In this document: piece by piece, positions 54,157-64,000 of the stretch
How the letters are laid out: every line of letters begins with the position of its first letter
Numbering within the stretch: position 1 is the stretch's first letter
Assembly: GCF_006345805.1 (NCBI RefSeq)
Contig: NC_043000.1
Span: 91,760,001 to 91,824,000 of the forward strand
DNA from: Octopus sinensis
Taxonomy: Eukaryota
Length of the DNA stretch: 64,000 bases
Direction of reading: 5' to 3'
Notes under the pieces: model-generated
Databases searched by the model: none
What the model was told of the DNA's origin: nothing
Seen by the model: the letters and a program-made list of their open reading frames with translations, nothing else
Made by a program: the position numbers and the translations under genes

Positions 54157-54705
54157 ATATATATTATATATACATTTATATATATATATAAGAATATATC
54201 CTTTATAGGGATTAATTCCGAAATTGATTCAATATAGAGGTAACGAAATTTAAATTTTCTAAAGGTAACTGCCCGCTTTCAGTTCAATTTTCCTGTAACA
54301 AGTGGATTATAAGTGGATAAATCAGTGTATTGGCTATAGAATAACCTTCTTTAGCCCTTAATTATAAGATATATATATATATGTATACACACACACACAT
54401 AAATATATATATATATATATATACCAGAGAATCAGGGGAAACTGATCCTAGGAGTCTATACGATTCAAGAAGGAGCCCTAACTTTTATCACTTCAGAAAT
54501 ATAAGTTTAGTTATACAGCCATACATTTACATATAGTAGAGAAATAACCCACTTTATATTCATAGATATTAAATTGAATATCAAATTTAATAGATATTTG
54601 TTTTAATAGATACGAATTTAGATTGGGTTGCTCCCCAATATTTTTAACAATGTAACTGCATAAATATACATGTGGATATACATACATACAGCCAGCCATC
54701 CATAA

Positions 54706-54738
<33 letters not shown>

Positions 54739-54857
54739 TACATACATGCTACATACATACATAGAAGCATACACATCCATGCATGCACACACATCTATGT
54801 ATAGTTGCAGGCATGACTATGTGGTTAAGAAGTTTGCTTCACAACTATACACACACT

Positions 54858-54894
<37 letters not shown>

Positions 54895-54984
54895 CACAAA
54901 CACACACACACATACACACAGCTTTATATATCTGTGAGTGTGTGCATGTGTATTTGTGCGTGTGTGTGTTTATGTGTATGTAGT

Positions 54985-55125
54985 GAAGGTGTGTGGCTTG
55001 GTGGTTAGAGAGTTGCACTCATGATCATGAGATCATAGTTTCAACTCTCAGGCCAGCTGTACATTGTGTTCTTGAGCAAAGCACTTCATTTCACATTGCT
55101 CCATTCCACTCAGCTGTAAATGAGC
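54985..55125 (+). mobile_element. Family D SINE
   Basis: GTGTGGCTTGGTGGTTAG..TGTGTTCTTGAGCAAAGCACTTCATTTCAC. Confidence 0.6.
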
Positions 55126-55601
55126 AATTTGTGATGGTGACTCAAGAAAATCACATGAATAAAAGGTCTTCTATGTATATACCTATATATATGTGTATAT
55201 ATAAATATCTATATATATGCGAATGATATTTTCCCAATTTCTATTCCTGTATGTTATATATTTTAATAATTACTGGTATCGTTATATATTATATATGTAA
55301 AGCATAATATGTTATACATGAATGTATATTGTTGTAATTGTCATTTTAGTCAATAAATAAAAAAGTTGACATAATATAATGTCTAAAAGTTTATGAACCA
55401 CCTATTGATCCCTTCCATTTTATTATTGCTCTATGAATTAATGGTAAAATAACTCTTTACCTTGACCCATTTAGTACACTCGGTAATGTAATTGCCATGC
55501 AATAAAAAAACACTTGTGTATTAATAATTGGGTATTCTACCAGCAGTATATTGGATAGATATTATCCCTTAGTTGGTTGGATTCACAACCTCTAACTTTC
55601 T

Positions 55602-55666
<65 letters not shown>

Positions 55667-55842
55667 CATATAGGCATGTATATATGCATATGTATGTACA
55701 TAGGCATAGGTAGATATCTGTATAGATATGAGTTAGAAAAAGGGAGGGAGAGAATTTCGATTATCCCCACTTGGTAAATTGTAATTAAAAAAAAATATGA
55801 AATAAAAGAAGGAAAATGCACACAGCATACGTAGTTTTAATC

Positions 55843-56410
55843 ATCATCATCATCAACATCATTGTTTAACGTTTGCTTTCCATGTTAGCATGGGTTGGAC
55901 GGTTCGACTGGGGTCTAGGGCCAAGAGGCTGCACCAGGCTCCAGTCTAATCTGGCAGTGTTTCTACAGCTGGATACCCTTCCTAATGCCACCACTCCATG
56001 AGTGTAATGGGTGCTTTTTACGTGCCATCAATACAGGGGCCAGAGGAGGCTGTTAATGGCCACGATCGGTTGGTGCTTTTTACGTGCCACCAGCACAGAA
56101 GCCAGTCAAAGCGGCACTGGCATCAGCTACATTCGGATAGTCCCTTTTATGTGCCACCGGCATGGGTATCACAACTATAATTTCCATCTGATATTCATTT
56201 TGATGTTGATGTACTTCATTCAATAGGTCTCCTCAAGCACAGCAGGTTGCCCACGATCCAAGGTACTTTTTGAATGGGCTGTGGTTGGTTATGCAAAACT
56301 GGTGTAGGATACAGCTGTGAACTCTCTTTATTTACCTGGTCTTCACAGTCACAGCATATTTCCAGAGGTCTCAGTCTTTCATCATTGCCTCTGTGAAGCC
56401 CAACCAGTTT
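55843..56410 (-). mobile_element. RTE-tail-type non-autonomous retroelement with internal tandem repeats
   Basis: Reverse strand ends CCATGCTAACATGGAAAGCAAACGTTAAAC(AAT/GAT)n; repeated GGTGCTTTTTACGTGCCA units; relatives at 58752-58828 and 59160-59560. Confidence 0.6.
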
Positions 56411-57236
56411 CACTTTCACTAATCATGATATTGAAATTATTGTATTTTTGTATTTTCTTAAGAAAATTTCAGTCCATGCTGAGTATGGGAGCTTGTGAAT
56501 GAAATGAATCAACAGATAGAAAAATCTAAGGGGAGATATGTGTATATACAGATATAGACTTGCACACACACACACATATATGTTTATAAGTATGTATACC
56601 AATAACAAAGTGTATCAAAAGTTTAGATCTTGTTTGTATCATCTGTATCAAACAACTCAAATAATGATTTTGTCAGTCAAACATATTTGAATTCATATTT
56701 GAAAGGTGCCACGCAGTGGGAATGAACTTGGAACCATATCTATCCTGCACCTGTATTATAATTTTATAAAACTTTACTTGCTGCCTTAGTAGCAATCTTT
56801 AACCACAGGCTACAGTGTCACAGCAGTCACCTGTATTTTGTAATAAGATTGTCAATAAAGTTTGCACAATACATTTGCAGTTGCTTAAATGCAAAGTTAT
56901 TTTTCATATATTTCATAAAATTTTTTATGGTTTCCTTATTTTTATCCATGTTTTTACAAGGATGCTAAATTAGAGTTTTAATTTACCGCATTCAAAAGAA
57001 AATTAATGAAGAAAAATAAGGTTCTAAATAGCTCTGGTAAATGTATATCTACATGCATGTATGTGTGTGCATGTGCATATGGGTTTGTGTGTGTATGCAG
57101 TATGTCTGTATATTACATATATGTATAGAGGTACACATGCATACATATATATATGTATAAGCACATATATCTATACTTTCATTCTCTCTATATATATACA
57201 TACATATATACATATATATACATACATATATATGTT

Positions 57237-57275
<39 letters not shown>

Positions 57276-57457
57276 GCATATAAAAGTATATATTTGTATG
57301 TATATGTATATATATATATGAATCAAAAGATATATGATATACATACATTCACAAGCACACACACATACACACATACACATATACATATATGGATATACAT
57401 AAATATTAATTAAATATATATACATATACATGCATACACATATACACACATATACAT

Positions 57458-57516
<59 letters not shown>

Positions 57517-57978
57517 TTATATATATATATATACAGTCTTCAGTTTATATTTAAAAAAATATTGTTTTGATTATACTTTCTTAAGGGGACAAATGAAATT
57601 ATAAAAGGATAAACAATGGGTGTATGTAACAAGAATTTAAGTGTATTTATTAGGCGTATAGAAAACAAATATTATTGCTAATTGCTTTTTCAAAAGCTAA
57701 TTGCAAATTTAGAAATAAACAAGCTTTTCAAGCACAAAAGTAGAGACCTTAAAAACATTGTATCATTAATTAGATATTTTTTCATCAGAAGCTTACATTG
57801 AGTAATTTTTTTATATATAACACTACTAAAAAAAAAAACATCTTTACATATTGTGTAGCTTCATTTTTTTTTATTATTAGAAAATAGAAATTACACACGC
57901 ACACACACACACATGCACACACATGTATCTATCTATCTATCTATCTGTCTGTATGTATGTATGTCTGCCTATATATAT

Positions 57979-58011
<33 letters not shown>

Positions 58012-58414
58012 GGAGTAGCTGTGTGGTAAGTAGCTTGCTTACAAACTACATGGTTCCGGGTTCAGTCCCACTACGTGGCACCTTGGGCAAGTGTCTTCTA
58101 CTATGACCTCAGGCCGACCAAAGCCATGTGAGTGGATTTGGCAGACGGAAACTGAAAGAAGCCCGTCGTATATATGTATGTGTATGTATATATTTGTGTC
58201 TGTGTTTCTTCCCCCCAACATCGATTGACAATTGATGCTGGTGTGTTTATATCCCCGTAACTTATCGGTTCGGCAAATGAGACTGATAAAATTAGTACTA
58301 GGCATCCAAAAAATAAGTTCTGGGGTCAATTAGTACGACTAAAGGCAGTGCTCCAGCATGGCCACAGTCAAATGACTGAAACAAGTAGAAGAGTAAAAGA
58401 GTAAAGAGTAAAGA
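58012..58414 (+). mobile_element. Full-length family B CORE-SINE
   Basis: Near-consensus. Confidence 0.88.
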
Positions 58415-58693
58415 GTGTATACATAAACACACACACACTGTATTTTAATTATATTTTGTTTTTACATTATAGAGGAATTACCATTATTATGTGAGTGTAT
58501 ATAGTGCATAGATATGTGTTTGTGTTGAGATATATGTTTATTTCTTTTCCTTTTGTCTCTCGTTCTATGCACACACATACACATATATATGTGCGTGAGT
58601 GTCTGTGTGTGTGTATGCATGTGTAAGTAATCATATATGTGTATGTGTGTGCATAGAATGAGAGACAGGAGGAGAAGGAAATTAAAGTATATG

Positions 58694-58733
<40 letters not shown>

Positions 58734-58751
58734 CACACATGCATATATGTG

Positions 58752-58828
58752 TGTTTGCCAGTCCTCAGTCAAATCGTCCAACCCATACTAGCATGGAAAA
58801 CTGGCGTTAAATGATGATGATGATGATA
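58752..58828 (+). mobile_element. 3' tip of the RTE-tail-type element
   Basis: CGTCCAACCCATACTAGCATGGAAAACTGGCGTTAAA(TGA)n. Confidence 0.6.
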
Positions 58829-59159
58829 ATGTATGTTTATATATACATATTTATATATCCATATACACACACATATATATATATGTGTGTGTGTCTTCAT
58901 ATGATATCATAGTTTCAATTTCCAGACTGTCAGGTGTGTCCTGTTCATATACTTTCTTTCATGTTACCCTGTGATCATTTTGACATCTGGTGCATGGCAC
59001 TCCTCTGCACCTGTACAGGCAATGTGGACTTGTTGGATTGAGTGAACTGATGTGAACATCAACAGTTGACCACTGTAGACAATTTACTGATGTGGTTGTT
59101 CGATAAGAAATTATTGAACCCTCATCTGTTGTTTAATAACAGGAGATTCCATGGTGTAT

Positions 59160-59560
59160 GTATCATCATCATCATCATCGTTTAACATCCGCTTTCCATG
59201 CTAGCATGGGTTGGACGATTTTGATTGAGGGCTGGCAAACCAGATGGCTGCACCAGGCTCCAGTCTTGATCTGGCAGAGTTTCTACAGCTGCATGCTCTT
59301 CCTTCCTAACGCCAACCACTCCAAGAGTGTAGTGGGTGCTTTTACGTGCCACCGGCACAGGTGCCAGAAGGCGATTTTGGTAATGATCACGCTCGAATGG
59401 TGCCTTTTTACATGCCCACCGGCACGGAAGCCAGTTGGCTGCTCTGGCAATGATCACGCTCGGATGGTGCTCTTGGGCACCCTACTAGTAAGGCGACGCT
59501 GGTAAAGATCACACTCGAATGATGCCCTTTAAGTGCCACTGGCACGGAAGTTGGTTAGCC
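59160..59560 (-). mobile_element. RTE-tail-type element with internal tandem repeats
   Basis: Homologous to 55843-56200. Confidence 0.65.
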
Positions 59561-59607
59561 TCTGTCAATACATATATATAATATATATATATATATATGT
59601 ATGTATG

Positions 59608-59649
<42 letters not shown>

Positions 59650-59745
59650 ATGTATATATATATACATACGTATATATATATATATATATAATATATATAT
59701 ATATATATAATATATATGTATATATCTGAAAATGTCATATGTGGT

Positions 59746-59941
59746 ATTATTCGGCAGCCATGATAAAACTTTGAGGTTCGGATGTCGGGGTAGGAATCCA
59801 TGCTGCCATCTCTTCAGTTATCTGGCCATCAGAAAAAATGCTATTAAATGTTATCCGATGGCTGGATAACTGAAGAGATGACTGCGTGGATTCCCACCCC
59901 GACATCCAAAACTCGAAGTTTTATCATGGCTACTGAATAAT
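59746..59941. mobile_element. 196-bp hairpin/foldback element (MITE-like)
   Basis: Arms of about 88 bp, e.g. GCAGCCATGATAAAACTT..ATCTCTTCAGTTATC vs GATAACTGAAGAGAT..AAGTTTTATCATGGCTAC; spacer of about 20 nt. Confidence 0.85.
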
Positions 59942-60404
59942 TGTCGCATATTACATTTACAGATAAATTCCTCTATTTACATAATATCGAGGTCTCTTTC
60001 ATTCTTTTGTTGTCTTACCATTTTTATCAATATATATATATGTATATATATATATATATGTATGCATACATATATACATGTATATACATGTATATATACA
60101 GATTTTTATATATGTAAACCTAATCTTATATATATTTATTTTTCTCAGACAATAATGTTGTTGGCAGTGACTTCGAAGTTTCATCCAGCTAAGCCATTGT
60201 CTGAAGTCTGATGGCAGATTAGCTGGCTGCATTTTTTAAAGTCACTGTCAACAATATTCTTGAATCTGTACTGCAGAAAATTATAGAATAATCCACCAGA
60301 TTAGTTGAAAGTTAATATAATCCATTCTTTTCGTTCTGCTAAAAGGAATAGGCTTGAAAGTTTAAGGAAGTGTCTAAGTTGATCACATCAACTTCAGCAC
60401 CAAC

Positions 60405-60535
60405 TTCAGTGCTTCATTTCATCAACTTCGAAAGGATGAAAGATAAAGCTGACCTAGACAGTATTTGAACTAAGAACATGAAGACAGATGAAATGCTGCT
60501 AAGCATTTTGCCCAGCATGATAACAATTCTGCCAG
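60405..60535 (-). mobile_element. Decayed family A SINE
   Basis: TCGAAAGGATGAAAG..GTATTTGAACT..GCATTTTGCCCAGCATG. Confidence 0.6.
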
Positions 60536-61119
60536 GTAGCCACTCTAAAGGAAAAGTTAATATAGTCAACACTATTGAAAAGGTTGCAAGATACAATGAA
60601 AATTTTAGGAAAAGAAAAATAAGAAATAAGTGGAAATTTTACCAGTGAGTGTGTTACATTATAAGGCACAAAAAGAAAATGACTCTCCCCAGACACAACA
60701 GAATATGCTTCAACACACAAACTCATATAAAGAATCTTGCAAACCAAATCCCAAAACGAGATAATATAATACAAACAGCCATATAATCTTGTATTCCTCT
60801 ATTCATCCATCCATCCATTCATCCATCCATCTATCACTCTCTCTACCTGTGTGTGTTTGTTCATGAGTGTATGTTACGAAACACATTCCCAGGATCACAA
60901 TTCATGTAAGAGAAAGTTTGTCAACTTCAATAATAACAAATAAATGCATTTTTATGTGTGCTTATGTGTATGGGCATGTGTGCATTTTTGCTTGTCTTCA
61001 CAATATTTCAGATAGCTTCTTCCTATTTTCTTCAGTTTTTCTTTTTGACATTTCTCACATGTTTTACCATTCTTTAATATTCTGGTGGAGATGTGTGTGT
61101 GTGTGTGTGTGTGTGTATG

Positions 61120-61156
<37 letters not shown>

Positions 61157-61924
61157 CACAAGGTTTTAATTTCTGATTGAAGACATCTAACAACTAGTTT
61201 GAACATCCCTACTTATGATCCATGTTGAATTCGATAAGTAACAATGACTGAGACACCTGATTCTTGCTGGTTCATTTCATCTTACTATAAATAGGTACCA
61301 TAAATAACTGCAACTGAATTCGTGAAACAGCAGAAGCATTGTAATTTGATAGATATTTCGATAGCTTTCTGAGCTGAGTTCAAATTTCCCTAACAGGTTT
61401 TTATTGCATGCAGGGTTCACTAACCTTAGATTGCCTGTTAATAGAAACATTACGTGAAGGTGAAATCTTCAGTTAGGCCCCTAGAACTAAATGATTTTGT
61501 TCTTGTTTTGGTTTTTGTTGCTTTTACCCTATAGTAGTTCTGATTCTGAAGTCTTATCATCTGACACATTCAGCCTTTAATCAACCACTATGTGTAGTGT
61601 GTTTATGGCTATCTGCAGCAAACTCATCCAATGTCTCACAAAGCAAGCAGAAGATTTGTCGTGACAAGAACAACACTGCTTGCAGCTTGTGACTTTACAT
61701 ATTATAATGTAAGCAGCTATACACATGCACCCAAACACATATAAAACATACATACATAAGTATGTGTATGTGTGAGAGTGCACACACATGTGTGTGGGTG
61801 TGTGTGAATGTGTGTGTATGTGTGCATCTGTGTATGTGTGTGTGTCTATGTGTATTATTCTATTATCAGTTTCACCTATATAAATGTTGGGTGAATAAAC
61901 AGGGGAAACTAATGAATATTTGAG

Positions 61925-61955
<31 letters not shown>

Positions 61956-61962
61956 ATATATT

Positions 61963-61993
<31 letters not shown>

Positions 61994-62054
61994 TTACATA
62001 TATATGTATATATATATATATATATTATATATATGTAATATTATATATATATAT

Positions 62055-62088
<34 letters not shown>

Positions 62089-62097
62089 ATATATGCG

Positions 62098-62276
62098 CAT
62101 GAGTGGCTGTGTGGTAAGTAGCTTGCTTATCAACCAGATGGTTCTGGGCTCAGTCTCACTGTGTAGCACCTTGGGCATTTGTCTTCTACTATAGCCTGAG
62201 GCCAACCAAAGCCTTGTGGATGGATTTGGTAGACAGAAACTGAAAGAAGCCTGTCGTATATATATATATATATATA
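62098..62276 (+). mobile_element. 5' half of a family B CORE-SINE, interrupted in its (TA)n by the Penelope element
   Basis: Head and CORE up to GAAAGAAGCCTGTCG(TA)n, then unrelated PLE sequence. Confidence 0.85.
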
Positions 62277-62374
62277 ACGGGAAGCTTTATGAAAATAAAC
62301 AAAAGACGAAGGCAGGTGGAAAACAAACGAACAATTGTATTAGTATGGCGCTCAGGAAATATAAATAAAACAAG

Positions 62375-62412
62375 TCTTTAACGTTTCGAGCCTACGCTCT
62401 TCAACAGAAAGA
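62375..62412 (-). ncRNA. Minimal hammerhead-like motif with variant core (CUGUUGA)
   Basis: UCUUU-CUGUUGA-A-GAGC(GUAG)GCUC-GAAA-CGUU-AAAGA: perfect stems I and II, one core substitution (A6U). Confidence 0.65.
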
Positions 62413-63104
62413 TACACAGAGAGAGAAAAACACAGAAAGAAGGAGAGAAAAAAATGCGTGCAGTAGCTAACGAATCAACATGGCGATCTGATTTCGGCCA
62501 GAGGTCAAAGATCAAACATGAGACGCGAGATCGAAATAAGGGGAGATAATAGGGTTGATAAAAGGGTTGAGGGACCAGCTAATAGTGCGTAGGAGGGGTC
62601 TGGATGTGTGTATGTATAGGGTTGGTGTATGTATTAGTATGTATAAGGGTGTGTGTGTGTGTGTGTGTGTATGAGAGAGTATAAGTGCGTATGCGGGGTC
62701 TGGACGTGTGTATGTATAGGGTTGGTGTATGTATTAGCATGTACTAGTATGTATTAGTACGTATTAGTATGTATTAGTTGGTGTGTGTATTAGTATGGCA
62801 CATCATATGTGATGTGATGTGTAAAGTCATGTGGTGTAGTGAGGAGAAGAGGGGGAGGGAAGAAGAGGGGGGAGGGAAGAAGAGGGGGAAGAGGAGAGGA
62901 TGGGGAGGAGGGGGATGAAGGAGGAGAGGGGGAGAGAGAGAAGGGGAGAGAGGGAGTGAGGGAGCAGAGGGAAGGGGAAGAGGGAGGGAGGAGAAAGAGG
63001 AAGAAGGGAAGGGGAGTAGGGGTGAAAGGATGAAGACTAAGAAGTAGGGGGGGGGAAAGGATAGGTGAGGAGGGGGGGAGAGGGGGGTTAGATGAGGAGG
63101 GGGG

Positions 63105-64000
63105 GAGAGTTGAGACCAAATGGCGTATAAGAGCGAAGAGAGAAGATTAATTCCCCTTCACGGCGCAAACGGGAATCCGGATGGCCTCTGTGTAAGGACA
63201 AACCGAACACAGATAGGTGTTGCAGGAGAGTGACCGGTGGAGCGGAAATGGCGTGAGACCGGTGTGTCGTTCGCAAGGTGGATGTCACGAAGGTGTTCCG
63301 CGAACCGGTCAGCCAAGCGGCGTCCCGTTTGTCCGATGTACAAGGAATTGCAGAGAGAGCAAGAGATGCAACAGATAATATTGCTGGAGGTGCAGGTGAA
63401 GGAGTGGATGATGGGATAGGGTCGATGGTGGGTGCTAGTGAGGCGGGTGGTGTTGGAGAGGTAAGGGCAAGTGCGGCAACGTGGGCGGGAGCAGGGGAAC
63501 GAGCCGGGTTGGGAGGTAGGGTCAGGGAAGGAGCTATGGACCAAAAGGTCTCGAAGGTTGTGGGCTCGTTTGAAAGAGGGGAGGGGTCGGTTAGGGAAGA
63601 GGTGTGAAGTGGACGGGTCGGACTGGAGATGACGGAAAGCTCGAAGAATGGTGCGTTGGAGACGTAGGGTCGTGGGGTGGTAAGTGAGGGGAAAAGGGAG
63701 GCGGGAGACTACAGGGCGGGTTCGGGAGAGAGAGCAGATACACGGTCCACGGACCGTGCTCTGGTAAGGCGGTGTGGATAGTGGTGAGGGGGTATCCACG
63801 TAGGGTGAAGTGGTGAGCCATACGCTGAGACTGAGTCTCAAAGTCATGGTCGTCACTACAGAGCCTACGTAGACGGAGGAATTGGGAATAGGGGATGGAA
63901 AGCTTGGTGTGTTCTGGGTGGGAGGAAGAGAAGTTGAGGTATGAGTGTGAGTCTGTGTGTTTGTAGTGAATGGAGGTGGTAAGAGTGGAGTGAAGAATGC
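63105..64000 (-). pseudogene. PLE RT thumb/linker plus GIY-YIG endonuclease, frameshifted
   Basis: HYKHTDSHSYLNFSSSHPEHTKLSIPYSQFLRLRRLCS..RGYP; LTYHP..NLRDLLVHS; CSRPRCRTC; FTCTSSNII..CSLCNSLYIGQTGRRLADRFAEH; RREGELIFSL..PFGLN, spread over changing frames. Confidence 0.9.

Larger units (their letters stand above)
62277..64000 (-). mobile_element. Penelope-like retroelement, 3' portion (runs off the window end)
   Basis: RT C-terminus and GIY-YIG remnants followed by pyrimidine-rich UTR and a terminal hammerhead-like motif on the same strand. Confidence 0.92.

Noticed and set aside
60140-60290. Protein-looking stretch MQPANLPSDFRQWLSWMK on the minus strand
   Set aside because: The upstream acceptor does not join this frame (stop just before the ATG) and no homology was recognised.

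Overview
AT-rich, extremely repeat-dense animal genomic DNA, most likely an octopus/coleoid cephalopod. That assignment is inferred from SINE types resembling octopus CORE-SINEs and from very high (TA)n/(CA)n/(TAA)n density; it was not database-checked. No protein-coding host gene is identifiable. Nearly all ORFs in the supplied track are microsatellite or SINE translations. The only recognisable coding sequences are transposon remnants: an internally deleted mariner (9917-10471), two R4/Dong-clade LINE 3' fragments (about 24.8-25.9 kb and 46.9-47.7 kb), RTE-like tails, and the 3' part of a Penelope-like element (PLE; RT C-terminus plus GIY-YIG, 62.3-64 kb). At least four tRNA-derived SINE families account for dozens of copies. 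The most notable items are: (1) a ~285-nt element at 26.14-26.42 kb that joins a Pol III tRNA-like head to a PLE-style minimal hammerhead ribozyme and sits head-to-head with an inverted copy of its own head; (2) a second minimal hammerhead, with a variant core, in the PLE 3' end; (3) a very short TG..CA solo-LTR-like family with 5-bp TSDs, both copies inserted inside SINEs; (4) SINE dimers and trimers integrated as single units under one TSD; (5) a 196-bp hairpin MITE. Candidate host exons are weak and are reported at low confidence. Many repeat boundaries are approximate (tens of nt).
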